A stretch of DNA of 64,000 bases from assembly GCA_963751345.1 (NCBI GenBank), contig CAVVUS010000018.1, forward strand, positions 256,001-320,000. The letters are read 5' to 3'. This stretch comes from an uncultured Chloroflexia bacterium. GTDB taxonomy: Bacteria > Chloroflexota > Anaerolineae > B4-G1 > SLSP01. Position numbers and translations under genes: made by a program. The notes beneath the pieces were generated by a model that made no database searches, was not told where the DNA came from, and saw nothing but the letters and a program-made list of their open reading frames with translations. This document shows, piece after piece, positions 10,738 to 24,032 of this stretch (its first letter is position 1; every line of letters starts with the position of its first letter).

Positions 10738-11610
10738 TTACCAGGGCGAAGGCCCTGTCACAACGGGGTTATCGGGATATGAGGACCATTCGGTGAACGA
10801 TCCCTCGTATATCTTCACCTTGGGGAAGCCGAGGTACCATTTGAAGAGCAGAAATTCGTTGGTCGCCTCCCTGCCCGTGCCGCAAGAGCAGATGATCGTC
10901 TTGTCAGGTGTGAGGTCGTTCTGGTCCAGGATTACCTGGATCTCGGAGTCGGGTCTGAGCAGGCGAGGATTCTTGGGATCCATCAAGCTAGCCCACGGCA
11001 CGTTGATTGCCCCCGGGATATGGCCGGGCTTCGGCCACGGGCCCTGGCCCTGGTAGATGGACGCGGGCCGGGCATCCAGGACTGCAACACCATCTTCGTC
11101 CTTCAGCATCGCAAACGTGTCGTAGAGTAGAAAGTAGTCTTCGTGCACGTCGACGGCGAAGTGTGATGCTTCGACCTCCGGGAAAACTTGGGATACCGGA
11201 CCTTCATCCGCAATCCACGCCTCCAGCCCGCCATCCAGGACGTAGACGTTGTTGTGGCCGAAGCGTGCCAGGCTGTAGGCAACCATCGTCTGCTCCAGGC
11301 CATCACCCCATCCCTTGAATGCTCCCTTGCCGGTGTAGACGACCACTGGGACGTCGCTGTTGAGGCCCACGCGGCGAAAGATGTGCTCCGCGGCTTCCTC
11401 AGGGATGTAGTTTCCGGGCATCCCTCCCAGGGGCACCCGGAGCAGCGACTCATTCATATAAACGGCGTGCGGAATGTGCTGCTGGATGTAGTCATGAATG
11501 TTGGGCTGCGTATCGAGGATCATCAGGTCGTCGTCATTCATGTGGTTGCCCAACCAGTCTGGAGAAACCCACTTCACGATGCCCTTGCCGAAAGGATATT
11601 GCTTTGCCAT
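10738..11610 (-). CDS. Two-domain sulfurtransferase (thiosulfate/3-mercaptopyruvate)
   Basis: HIPHA, LDGGL, GHIPGA, active-site CGTGRE and YEGSFTEW; start ATG 11610. Confidence 0.9.
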   Translation of the reverse strand: MAKQYPFGKGIVKWVSPDWLGNHMNDDDLMILDTQPNIHDYIQQHIPHAVYMNESLLRVPLGGMPGNYIPEEAAEHIFRRVGLNSDVPVVVYTGKGAFKGWGDGLEQTMVAYSLARFGHNNVYVLDGGLEAWIADEGPVSQVFPEVEASHFAVDVHEDYFLLYDTFAMLKDEDGVAVLDARPASIYQGQGPWPKPGHIPGAINVPWASLMDPKNPRLLRPDSEIQVILDQNDLTPDKTIICSCGTGREATNEFLLFKWYLGFPKVKIYEGSFTEWSSYPDNPVVTGPSPW

Positions 11611-11664
11611 TGGAACCCCCTGTTGGCCAAAAGTAGACAGATTCGTGAGCATTTGCTCATGTGG

Positions 11665-11750
11665 ATGCTAGCATCAAAGTGGAGTGTCAGGTGGTGGAGA
11701 TGGTTGGTGCTGGTGCCGACTTACGTTTGCTGCGTTGGACCTGCGTTTGG
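11665..11750 (-). promoter_or_regulatory. Putative activator-dependent promoter: TGnTAGCAT -10 plus phased CCAAC-like repeats
   Basis: -10 at 11670-11665; plus-strand GTTGG/GTTTG units start at 11703, 11725, 11734 and 11745. Confidence 0.5.
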
Positions 11751-11754
11751 GAAG

Positions 11755-12170
11755 CTAATACTCGGGAGGCAATTTTCGGTGACGTATTCTCTCGCTGCGG
11801 CGCCGCTTGTTTTCGAGCCGACGTTCTCGTGCCCCCCTTGGCGTGTGCGTTGCGCGGCGAAGCTTGGGCTCATGCGCAGCTTGTCGGATCATCGCTTTCA
11901 GACGCCGGACTGCCTCGTTGCGGTTGCGACTCTGCGAGCGATACTCGCTGGCGTCGATCACCAGCACTCCTTCCTGCGTCATCCGGTTCCCCGCCAACTC
12001 GATCAGCCTCTGACGCACCCCTGCGGGCAGGGAGAGGCTGTTGGCCACGTCGAAACGTAGTTGTACGGCTGTGGCTGACTTGTTGACGTGCTGTCCGCCA
12101 GGTCCGGATGCCCGGATGAAACTGAAATTCAACTCGGACTCATCGATTGAGATCTGTTCGGTGACCTCGA

Positions 12171-12174
<4 letters not shown>
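11755..12174 (-). CDS. arfB: Alternative ribosome rescue peptidyl-tRNA hydrolase ArfB
   Basis: RASGPGGQHVNK (GGQ), RSQSRNR and a basic C-terminal tail. Confidence 0.93.
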
Positions 12175-14308
<2,134 letters not shown>

Positions 14309-14332
14309 CCACTACGGCGGCGAATTGCGGAC

Positions 14333-15865
14333 TTACTCTTGCTTCAAGCGGCGCTGCAACAATGCAAGGTCGGCGACAAACGTGACGATGCCGATCGATA
14401 ACAGCCCGACAAGCAGCAGCGGGTTTGGTCGTTGGCCCCGTAGCATCGTCGTCTGCAGAAGCTGTGTCCCATAGGTCGCGGGCAGACACCACGAGATGAC
14501 GTGAACCCAGGGCTTCAGGGATTCGATGTCCTGGAGAAATCCCGTAAAAAAGACGCTCGAGAGCAGCAAGATCATTGAGGCCTGGACTGCCTGGCTTGTT
14601 GAGCGCGCCACCAACGAAATCAGGAAGCCGATTCCCAACGAAGCGAAGATGAGTGCCACGATCTCCAGTGTGTAGAAGCCCCAATTGCCCAACAATGGCA
14701 CGTGGAGAACGTAGACGATCAGGGCGGAGAGGACCACAGAAAGTAACCCATTGAAGACGACGTAGCTCAAGAACTTGCCCGTTAGGAGCTCGACCGAGGT
14801 TAAGGGCGCGATCTGGAAAAGTTCGAGGGATCCGAGTTGATCTTCCTGGACGATGGAGAGGGCGGCGAAGGTCACGCAGATGTGTTGCAGGAGAAGGGCG
14901 ATGACGCCCGGCGTATAGTAGTCCGTCATCTTGATATTAACACCGGTGATGCTCAGATTCTTCGCCTTGAAGGGACTGACGATCACGCGCCGGGGAGACA
15001 TTCTCGCACGGCGCCAAGCGCGGCATCGAGTTGTTTGAGATCTCGTTGGTGCGGGCAAGCGTTTGCGTCTCTTGGCCTGTGGTGCCGAGTCCTGAATGCT
15101 GGAGCGCGCTCGCGTCTCGCTGCAGTGTCAGGAGAAGGGCTGCCGTGGTGCCCAACTCGGCGGCGCCGCCGCTCGCTAACGGCCCCGAGAGCGGGTCCGC
15201 CCACCGTATCCGGTGATCGTCTGGAGTGTCGGCGATATCTCTTGGATATTCCTGAACGAGTGCCCGAACATCCTGCTCGGCCTGGACGGTATTCTCATCG
15301 GAAAGGGACCGGTTTATCTGGTCGACAGCGTCCAAAGCCGACTGTACATCCCCTTGCATCGTCGCAGCTTGGCTCTGCTGGCCCTGGATCGCACCCGTGA
15401 GCACCCTGCGGTTCATCTCATTCAGGTAGAGATTCATCGTATACTCGAATGTAGCTGGCTAGCGTCGGCAGGATCTCGTTATGATAGACAAAAAGGTCGC
15501 CTGATCGCCCTGCCGGATCGTCTCTGGGGCGTTCTCCGGGACCACGACGACGGCATCGACCGTGCCTTGGTGCTAAGTTCCTGAGCGCTGAGGGCAGATC
15601 TTCGGTGATGCCTGCGAATACAAGCTGTGGGCCCAACGAAGTCGCGTACTGCTCAATATACGGCTGCAGGACGTTGTCGGGCGCAGTGACGAAGAGCGTC
15701 CTGGATAGGCCGGGCCTCCTCACGAAAGCCGAGGCCGTAGACGAGGAGGATGACGAAAGGGCCCAGGACCAGCGTAAGGACCAGCCGCGGCTGTCGTAGC
15801 ACGTTGACGATTTCTTTGCGCAGGAAGGCAGAGGCCCGGATGAAGGAGTGCCAGATCTCACGCAT
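14333..15865 (-). CDS. ABC-2 type transporter permease, broken by several indels
   Basis: N-terminal FLRKEIVNVLRQPRLVLTLVLGPF; C-terminal YYTPGVIALLLQH...QEDQLGSLELF...LLSSVFFTGF...LPATYG; pieces lie in different frames. Confidence 0.8.
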
Positions 15866-16808
15866 CGTCCTTGTTCCCCGTTACCAGCGCGACAAAGACG
15901 TCGTCGAAGGGAGGGGCGTACTCCTCGACGTTGGTGACCTCGATGCCACGCTCCTCGATCCATTTCATCAGCATCGGGATAGAGCGTCCCGGCTTGCTCC
16001 GTCGTCACCTTGAGATGGATGGGGCCGATGCGGGATGACGCCCTTCACCCACGGGAAGTGCCTCGAGTTCCGAATCGAACTCGCGCGGGAGTGGGATCGC
16101 GGTCTCCAAGGTGACAATGTCCCCGCCGAGTGCCTTCTTCCGTAGATGTTCAGGCGTGTCGAGCGCAAGAAGCTCGCCCTCGACGAGAACGCCGACCTGG
16201 TCGCAGTTCGCCGCCTCGTTCACGTACTGGGTCGTTACAAAGAGGGTCTTGCCCTCTTCCTTGAGGGCGTGGAAGTGGTGCCAGAATTTCTGGCGGAGCA
16301 CCGGATCAAGCCCCGTCGTGGGTTCATCGAGAAAGAAGAGGTCAGGGTCGTGGATCAATGCTGCAGCAAGGCTCAACCGTCGCTGCATCCCCCCGGAGAT
16401 CTTGCGCACCGGTTTTCGCGCGTGATCCGTAAGTTCAACGAAGTCCAAGATCTCCCGCAGCCGCTTGCGTCGCCTAAAACCGACCCCATAGATGGACGCG
16501 GCAAAGTTGAGGTTCTCCCATATCGTCAGGTCGGGGTAGAGGGCAAAGAGCTGGGGCATATAGCCGATCCGGGCTCGGGTCTGCAGGCTGAAGGCGGACG
16601 GAGCTTCTCCGAGGACGTCGACCTTCCCGCTGGTCGGCTCGTAGCCCCCGGTCAGCATGCGAATCGTCGTGGTCTTGCCGCTTCCGCTCGGGCCCATGAA
16701 ACCGAAGATCGTGCCCTTCTGAACCTCAAGGCTCACCGCCCGGACGGCATAGGATTTCTCGAAACGTTTGCTGAGATTGTCGGTGCGGATAACGATATCT
16801 GGGTCCAT
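15858..16808 (-). CDS. ABC transporter ATP-binding protein, indels near 3' end
   Basis: GPSGSGKTT, ISGGM and LDEPTTGLDP; natural tail ...EEYAPPFDDVFVALV in a shifted frame, ending at 15858. Confidence 0.88.
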
Positions 16809-16820
16809 GTCCGGTCGCCT

Positions 16821-18575
16821 CTACGAACGTTTGAGCAGCACCTTGAGGTCGCGCCAGCTCCGCGTGTTCAGCACGTCAGAGGGTGTCAGCCAACCCCGGC
16901 GGGCCTGGTCGATCCCATAGTGCATATAGGCCAACGAGGAGATACTGTGGGCGTCGGTGGAGATCGCCAGCTTGAGTCCCATCTCCTTGGCCATCTTTGC
17001 GTGGACGCCGTCGAGGTCGAGGCGCTCCGGATGTGCGTTGATCTCCATATAGCAGCCCCGGTCGAGGGCAGCCTCCATCAGGCGCTCGAGATCCACGTCA
17101 TAGGGCTCGCGCTGCAAGCGGCTTCCACGCCTTTGGATGAGGCGGCCCGTCGGATGGGCCAGGATGTGCACGTTGGGATTATCCATCGCCCGGATGATCC
17201 GCTCGGTCTGCTTGTCCCTGGGTAGATTGAAACGTGTGTGCACGGAGATGAGGCAGACGTCGAGCTTACTCAGCACATCGTCAGGCAAATCCAGCGACCC
17301 ATCCTCGCGGATGTCCACCTCAATACCTTTGAGGACGCGAATGCCATCCAGCCCCTCATTGAGACCGTCGATCTCGTCAATCCGCTTTGCCAGAGCATCT
17401 GCATTGAGTCCCTGGGTGACGCTGACCAGGGTCGAGTGATCGGTCACCGCGACGTAGTCATAGCCGCGTTCGCGGGCAGCCTGCACCATCTCCTTGAGCG
17501 AGGCTTTGCCATCGCTTGCGGTAGTATGCATCTGGAGGTCCCCACGGATGTCATCGAGCGTGACCAGACCCGGAAGCTCGTGCTTCTGCGCAGCTGCGAC
17601 TTCGCCGTGATCCTCACGGAGCTCGGGCTCCACGTACGACAAGCCCAGCAGCTCGTAGATGCCGGTTTCCGTCTCTCCGGCGACACGTTTCCCCTCCTCG
17701 CCATTCTTGACCTCGAAGACACCGTACTCGTTGATCTTGAGGTCACGGTCGACGGCCATATTGCGCAGCTTGATGTTGTGCGCCTTCGAGCCGGTGAAAT
17801 AGAGAAGGGCGGCTCCATAGCTCTCCTCCGGGACAACCCGTAGATCGACCTGCAAACCGGAGCGCAGGATCACAGTGGATCGCGTGGAGCCTTTCGATAC
17901 GACGTCGGTGACGTCCTCGTATTCGGCAAAGCGTTCAATGGTCGCTCCGCCGATGTCGCTGATCGCCAGAATGTCCAGGTCTCCAACCGTGGCTCGACGT
18001 CTCCGGTAACTCCCTGCCACCTCGACGCGCTCTACGTGTTCGTCGTTCGCAAGGTACGCCACCAGGGGCGCTGCCGCCTCTTCTGCCAGGTCGATGCGGG
18101 TCCGGGTTTCGCCCTTCTCTATGTCCTCCAGCGCCTTCAGGATGTCTTCCTGAGTCTTCTTGCCCAGCCCGGGGACGTCCTCGATCTCTCCGCGCTCGGC
18201 TGCCGCTTTAAGGTCGGCCAAAGTCTCGATCCCGAGATGGTCGTGGATTGCCTGCACCCTCTTAGGTCCCAGACCTTCGATCGTGAGCATCTTCGCCAGC
18301 TCGGCGGGCGTGCGGTCCTCGAGCTTCTTCAACTGGGACAGCTCGCCCGTCTCGACCATCGTCTTGATCTTCTCGGCCAACTCCTTTCCGATGCCCGAGA
18401 GGTCGGTCAAGTCCTTTCCGCTCTCTACCATATCGCGCACGTTTGTCGGGAGCTCCTCGATCGTGCGGGCGGCATTGCGGTAGGCACGGACCCGGAATTG
18501 GTTCGCTCCCTCGATCTCCAGGAGATCGGCCATCTCGCGGAATGCTTCAGCGATATCCGAATTCAGGACGGGCAT
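16821..18575 (-). CDS. polX: DNA polymerase X with PHP 3'-5' exonuclease domain
   Basis: GSYRR, GDLD, VDLR and YFTGSKAHN; PHP motifs DLQMHT, TDHS, AHPTGR and STDAH. Confidence 0.95.
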   Translation of the reverse strand: MPVLNSDIAEAFREMADLLEIEGANQFRVRAYRNAARTIEELPTNVRDMVESGKDLTDLSGIGKELAEKIKTMVETGELSQLKKLEDRTPAELAKMLTIEGLGPKRVQAIHDHLGIETLADLKAAAERGEIEDVPGLGKKTQEDILKALEDIEKGETRTRIDLAEEAAAPLVAYLANDEHVERVEVAGSYRRRRATVGDLDILAISDIGGATIERFAEYEDVTDVVSKGSTRSTVILRSGLQVDLRVVPEESYGAALLYFTGSKAHNIKLRNMAVDRDLKINEYGVFEVKNGEEGKRVAGETETGIYELLGLSYVEPELREDHGEVAAAQKHELPGLVTLDDIRGDLQMHTTASDGKASLKEMVQAARERGYDYVAVTDHSTLVSVTQGLNADALAKRIDEIDGLNEGLDGIRVLKGIEVDIREDGSLDLPDDVLSKLDVCLISVHTRFNLPRDKQTERIIRAMDNPNVHILAHPTGRLIQRRGSRLQREPYDVDLERLMEAALDRGCYMEINAHPERLDLDGVHAKMAKEMGLKLAISTDAHSISSLAYMHYGIDQARRGWLTPSDVLNTRSWRDLKVLLKRS

Positions 18576-18617
18576 TGTGGCCCCCGGTCCAATCCGTAGC
18601 CAGTTCGCGCCACTGCC

Positions 18618-19854
18618 TTATTGGGCGGGGCGTGGCTGTAACGTCAGGTCGATCTGCTGCTCCTGACCGCCGCGGAGGATGGTGAGCGTGACGGCATCAC
18701 CGGGTTCGTGCTGCGAGATGATGATCTGTAGCTGGCTGTAGTCCTCAATCAGCGTCCCATCAATGGCGGTGATGACATCACCGCCCGTGGGCACACCGTC
18801 GACACCAAGCACGCTCTGGGTGCCGGTTGATCCTCGGAGCCCTACTTGCTGCGCAGGCCCTCCAACGACGCTGTCGACATATGCACCGTGTTGGCTGGGG
18901 AGGTTGTTAGCCTCCTGGATGAAAAGGCCGACGGATCCGCCTGTGATACCCAACCAAGGCCACGAATACGCTCCAGCATCGATCAGGACCGGTGCGATCC
19001 GTCGCACGATGTTGACCGGAATCGCGAAGCCCACGCCTGAGTTGGTATTGCTCGTGCCCCCAGTGGCGATCTGCGCGTTAACACCGATCACCTCTCCGTT
19101 GAGATTCAACAGAGGGCCACCCGAATTTCCGGGGTTGATGGCGGCATCGGTCTGAATGGCTTGGGGAATCGCAAAGGGCGTTGCCCCGGATGCGATAGTG
19201 CGCCCGACGGCGCTGACGACGCCTACCGTCAGGCTGCTCCCCAAGGCAAAGGGATTGCCGATAGCGGCGACCCACTCACCCACTTGGACCGCGTCCGAGT
19301 TGCCCAATGCCAACGGGTGAACGTTATCGGGCAACTGGTCCACTTTGATGACCGCCAAGTCGCTGTCAGGATCAAGCCCAACAGTCTGAGCCTGGGCCTC
19401 GAACCCATCAAAGAAGACCACGGTAATCACGTCCGCGTCGGCAACCACGTGGTTGTTCGTGATGATGTGTCCTGCTGTGTCCAGGATGAAGCCGGAGCCT
19501 GCGCCCTGTCCCTGTACACCTTGCTGCCTAATGTAGACTTGGATGTTGACGACACCGGGTTCGGCCTGCTGGTACAGGGGCGTGAATTCCTCCTCTGCTG
19601 CGGAGACAGGACCCTGGCCCGACGAGGCGACCGGCGTCAGTGTAGGTACCGCGGCCTGGGTTGCAGGCAAGCCCGGCACCTGGGTTACCCCCACAGTCGG
19701 GGGTAACGTAGACTGCGCACCCGGTATCTGTGCTCCCTCTGCCCAAAGAGCCCGGCAGAACGAGCAGAAGTGCACCCCCAGCAAGAATCACGAGAAGCAC
19801 AAGTGCACCGCAACCGAGACCCGCAATGAGCCAGAAGCTCCTGTTATTATTCAT
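18618..19854 (-). CDS. HtrA/DegP-like S1C serine protease with PDZ domain and N-terminal anchor; indel near 19750
   Basis: TNNHVV, DSDLAV and AINPGNSGGP triad; hydrophobic N-terminus MNNNRSFWLIAGLGCGALVLLVIL lies in another frame. Confidence 0.9.
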
Positions 19855-19910
19855 CCCCTCGCTCCACTGTGTCTTTAGTACCTAGCAGATCGCCCGTCAG
19901 CAGTCTGACT

Positions 19911-20154
19911 CTAGTCTTCCATAGACGCCGTGTCATCTCTTAGGCTGGCGCTATTAGGCAGCAGCCGGCGCACACGGTGACGCAGCCCTTTGCTTCTCCA
20001 CCACCGTCATCTGGTAGAAGAGGCGTTTCCTGCTATTACGCCGATTGCGGCGAAAGTGTCCTTGACCGGCCCGCGTTCTGACTAGTTTCCCTTTCCCGCC
20101 CTTCGTGCGGCGAAAGCGTTTTGATGTTGATTTGTGGGACTTGAGTTTCGGCAT
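19911..20154 (-). CDS. rpmI: 50S ribosomal protein bL35 (orphan copy; indel near 19995)
   Basis: MPKLKSHKSTSKRFRRT...GK...AGQGHF; the shifted frame gives the expected tail KGLRHRVRRLLP; AAGGAG RBS. Confidence 0.85.
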
Positions 20155-20212
20155 GTTCGAACTCCTTTTCGTAACTGAAAGCCAAGCGAGAGACTACACC
20201 CCCGCTACAGTT

Positions 20213-20286
20213 ATCTTAGCGCAGGAAGCTGGCGTCCAGCGATGGGCTTCGTTGGGCGAGCTATGGGGTGAGTTGGAATAGTTGGG
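20213..20286 (-). promoter_or_regulatory. Putative activator-dependent promoter of rpmI: TAAGAT -10 plus five phased CCAAC/CCAT repeats
   Basis: -10 at 20218-20213; plus-strand GATGG 20241, GTTGG 20251, TATGG 20262, GTTGG 20272 and GTTGG 20281. Confidence 0.55.
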
Positions 20287-20292
20287 GAGCAG

Positions 20293-22728
20293 TTATGCGG
20301 GCAGCCACACGGTGAAGGAGGTCCCTTGGCTCGGACTGCTTTCCACTCTGATGTCGCCACTGAGATCTTTCACGATGGCCTGACTGATGAAGAGTCCCAG
20401 CCCGAGGCCCTCCGGCTTCGTCGTCTGAAATGGGTCGAAGAGACGCGCTTGGACGTCAGGGGGGATTCCCCCTCCCGTATCGTGCAGGACAGTCCGGACG
20501 CCGGCAGGGTCATCGGTCCTCGTGAGTGACACGGCCAATTTGCCGCCGTCCGGCATTGCGTCAATCGCGTTGAGCATTAGGTTCAGAAATACCTGCTGGA
20601 GACGATCGGGCACGACCAGCAACTCGGGCAGGTCAGGCTCCTCTGATATCTCGACGACAATGCCACGGTCTCGAGCTTGTTTGCGGGTGATGATGAGTGC
20701 CTCGTCGATGGCAGAGCGAATGGATTGATACTCTTTTTCATCCGGTGTTGACTGACGATTGAGGTCCCTAAGGCGTCCGACGATCCCGGCAGCACGCTTT
20801 AGCTCTTCGGAGGCCATTTGCATATACAGACCGATGGAGTCACCCTTGGCGTTTGCGAGCACGTCCAGTTCTTGCAGGCTCTCGTCAGCCAGGCCAAGGC
20901 AACCGATGACCGTCTGGAGCGGGTTGTTGATCTCATGGGCGAAGGAGGCAGCTAGCTGCCCCGTCAGTGCCAGTTTTTCGTTTTGTATCATTGCAGCTTG
21001 GGCTTCTCGCCGGTCGGTGATGTCCTCCACCATAGCGACTGCCAGCCTCGGGCGTTGTTCTACGTCTCGAACCAGCGAGATGGTGACATTACACCACAGA
21101 GTTTGGCCGTCCGAGCGGATGAAACGGACATCAGTACGGTATTCCTCCGAGGTACCGCCCATCAGGTCCTCGAACATCCTCGATCCCGCCGTGCCATCTT
21201 TCTGGTCCATATAGCTGAAGAGGGACATCTCGCTTAGCTCAGTGTCGTCCCTATGCAGGATGGTCGCCAGGGCTGTGTTACTCTGGATGATCCTGCCCCT
21301 ATCGTCGAGAAGCGCAATCCCTACAGGAGCGTCCTCGAAGATCGCTCGGAATCGGGCTTCACTGATACGCAGTGCCGCGGTGCGCCATACGACGCGCCGC
21401 TCCAAATCCTCAGCATGATCCTGTACCTGCTGGTGTAGTCTCGCTTGCTGAATCGCAATGGCCAACTGAACCGCCAGTTCGTTTGCCAGTCCAATGGATT
21501 GGTTTGCCACCCGGCCCGGACCGCTCAGCCCGAGTGTCAGCACGCCGAGCAGCGTGCCCTTAACCCGGAGAGGCTGAAGCAAGAGCGTGCGGATGCCCGG
21601 GGCCCGCTCTGTGGCCATCAGCGGCGAGTCGAGAGGAAGTGTTCCCACATCCTCCACCACGATATGCTCTCCGCGCTGGAGTTTTTGTACCAACTCGGCC
21701 CACCCCTTGGCCAGCGTCGCCTGCCACCCCTCATCCGTATGTGACTGACTCCCCGCGGTATACGCGGCAAGCAGTGAGACCTTGTGAGATTCGAAATCGA
21801 AGAGCATCACGCTGGCCCGTACACAGTCGATCATCTGCGGAAGCCGCGCCAACGCAGCTTGGGCGATGTCCTGCACCGACTGGGCCGACAGGATGGCTTG
21901 ATCGATCTGGTGAAGAGCACGTAGCCGGCTCGCATACTGTCGGAGCGAGCTCTGCACGCGCCTTAGTTCGGTCACCTCCATCCCATAGAGGTTAACGTAG
22001 CCATCAGTTGAGGGAGCGATAGTCAGCGAATAAACTCGCCGATCACAGATGATCTCCGCACTGCCGACGCTGTGGGTACGATTAGCTTCACGGACGTGGT
22101 CCAGCCAGCGAGGCGGGACCTTCTGACCGATCCAGGAATTCCAGGTATCCAGCACCGGCTTGCTTCCGGCATTTGCATAGACCAGGACGCCGTCTGCCGC
22201 AATTCGCATGACCGGATGGGGGTTCTCAGTTGGGAAGCGGGTTATGCTCATGATCTCGGCCTCCGCCCTTTGACGCTCGGTCACATCGTGCAGTGACAGC
22301 ACCAGCCCCTTGATCCCACCGGCGTCGTCAATTATCGGGGTCAGAGTCCAGTCCCAATAGGTGGTCCCGAACTCGGGACGGTCGGGGTACACAAATGGCC
22401 TTGCATTGAAGGAGGCGGCTTCTCCGGTATCTCGCACATGCTCGAAGATCGACTGGTTCGCCGTGTTCGGGAAGAGGGCGAAGTGATTCTTGCCGATCAG
22501 CTCTTCCCTCGTCTTGCCGGCTCCCAGCGCGTAGGCGGCGTTTGTCCAGACAAAGTTGAACTCGGTGTCGAGGTAGGCAAGTTGGGTATTCGTGTTCTCT
22601 ATGATGGCTGCAAGCATATCGCGCTCGCGCTCAAGTTGCGTCGTTGGCTCCGCAGATGGACGCCGTGCGGCACTGATTCGCGCTACCGGCGCTTGATCGG
22701 CGGCTCTTTCTTTGCTTGTCACGTTCAT
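20293..22728 (-). CDS. Cytoplasmic PAS-PAS-GAF-PAS sensor histidine kinase
   Basis: PAS/PAC ends (LHDVTER, VEDITDR), H-box FAHEINNPL, N-box QVFLNLMLNAIDA, G boxes DTGGGI and GLGLGL; no TM segment seen. Confidence 0.93.
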   Translation of the reverse strand: MNVTSKERAADQAPVARISAARRPSAEPTTQLERERDMLAAIIENTNTQLAYLDTEFNFVWTNAAYALGAGKTREELIGKNHFALFPNTANQSIFEHVRDTGEAASFNARPFVYPDRPEFGTTYWDWTLTPIIDDAGGIKGLVLSLHDVTERQRAEAEIMSITRFPTENPHPVMRIAADGVLVYANAGSKPVLDTWNSWIGQKVPPRWLDHVREANRTHSVGSAEIICDRRVYSLTIAPSTDGYVNLYGMEVTELRRVQSSLRQYASRLRALHQIDQAILSAQSVQDIAQAALARLPQMIDCVRASVMLFDFESHKVSLLAAYTAGSQSHTDEGWQATLAKGWAELVQKLQRGEHIVVEDVGTLPLDSPLMATERAPGIRTLLLQPLRVKGTLLGVLTLGLSGPGRVANQSIGLANELAVQLAIAIQQARLHQQVQDHAEDLERRVVWRTAALRISEARFRAIFEDAPVGIALLDDRGRIIQSNTALATILHRDDTELSEMSLFSYMDQKDGTAGSRMFEDLMGGTSEEYRTDVRFIRSDGQTLWCNVTISLVRDVEQRPRLAVAMVEDITDRREAQAAMIQNEKLALTGQLAASFAHEINNPLQTVIGCLGLADESLQELDVLANAKGDSIGLYMQMASEELKRAAGIVGRLRDLNRQSTPDEKEYQSIRSAIDEALIITRKQARDRGIVVEISEEPDLPELLVVPDRLQQVFLNLMLNAIDAMPDGGKLAVSLTRTDDPAGVRTVLHDTGGGIPPDVQARLFDPFQTTKPEGLGLGLFISQAIVKDLSGDIRVESSPSQGTSFTVWLPA

Positions 22729-22852
22729 CTCCGTACGAGTGTCATCTCTAGGGCCTCTTTGACCAGGCTGATCATAGGCCGGAACTCAGACTTCGCCAAG
22801 GCGATCCCATCTATCAAGATTCTACCTCGGTTTACACGGGAGCTCAGTCACC

Positions 22853-22939
22853 CCAACCGCGTCCCAACCCTAAGCAACGCACGTCACCCACAAATCCAAC
22901 ACATTCCGGCACAGATAGCACCGGTGCCGGTGCTAGACT
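22853..22939 (+). promoter_or_regulatory. Putative activator-dependent promoter: phased CCAAC repeats, 20-bp palindrome and TGnTAGACT -10
   Basis: CCAAC ends at 22857, 22868 and 22900; GCAAC ends at 22878; TAGCACCGG-TG-CCGGTGCTA at 22916-22935; -10 at 22934-22939. Confidence 0.55.
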
Positions 22940-22965
22940 CAGACTGAAGGATAGGGAGGTGAAAT

Positions 22966-23971
22966 ATGCAGAACCGACCCCAGGGATCCGCTCTGTTCGT
23001 CGCATCAGCCTACGGTATAGGTGTATTTGAGCAGCGACGCGAACGCTGGGTGCAGATGCGTGGTGGGCTGGATGAGTTCCACGTTACCAGTGTTGCAGCT
23101 CACGCGGGCGCTATACTGGCAGGCACGCTTGATGGCGTCTACCGCTCTGTGGATTTCGGTGCGAGTTGGTGGCCCTACAATGAGGGGCTCGCGGATCGCC
23201 ACGTTCGCTGGATCGCCTATCGCCAGGATGGATCGGGCGGCGCGGTGGTGGGCACCGAACCTGCTGCCATCTACGTCTCCAAGGGGGATGGGGCTGGGTG
23301 GCGGCTTTGCCACGAGGTAACGGAGCTCAGGGATCGACTGGGCTGGTATCTGCCCTACTCACCCGAAGCCGGATGCGTCCGGGGCTTCGCTTTCCACGGT
23401 GCGCGGGGCTATGCGGCCGTTGAGCAGGGTGGACTGCTCCGTACCAGTGACGGTGGCGAAAGCTGGCGGTTAGTGGACGGCACCGATGGGGTGCCTCGTG
23501 TGCCCCAAGACGAGACGATGATCCATCCGGATGTACATTCTATCACGGTTCATCCGTCGTCCCCCGAGTTGTTGACCGCCCCGACGGGAGGGGGGCTCTA
23601 TTCAAGCAATGATGGCGGCGCGACTTGGCGCCGTCTCTATGACTGCTACTGTCGGGCGGTGTGGGTAGATCCAGGACGGGCCGATCACATCATTTTCGGT
23701 CCGGCGGATTCGGTTTCCGTAAATGGGCGGATCGAGAGATCCATCAACGGTGGGCAGACTTGGCAACCGGTTATGGCGGAGACTTCCGGACGTGTGGGCG
23801 GAGTATATGGTCGAGCGCTTTTATCAGGTTGACGGTTCGCTCATGGCTGTGTTATCGAACGGTGAGCTCATTGCCGCCGCTTTGGAGCCGGGCAGCGCGC
23901 CAGCCGATCTGAAATGGCAGGTGGTGCTTCCGTCCGTTCAAGGCGTAAAAGCTGTGGCGACTATGAGATAG
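22966..23971 (+). CDS. BNR/Asp-box beta-propeller protein; indel near 23790
   Basis: Repeated SxDxGxxW boxes (SVDFGASW, TSDGGESW, SNDGGATW, SINGGQTW); strong GGGAGGT RBS. Confidence 0.8.
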
Positions 23972-24032
23972 ATGTGCGCCACGTAAGCATTCACAGAAAT
24001 CAAGCCAACCGATCAATAGGAGGGAACATCTG

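Noticed and set aside
17520-17545. PolX PHP motif QMH instead of HxH as a sign of inactivation
   Set aside because: A Gln at this position occurs in other bacterial PolX PHP domains, and the remaining ligands and polymerase aspartates are intact.
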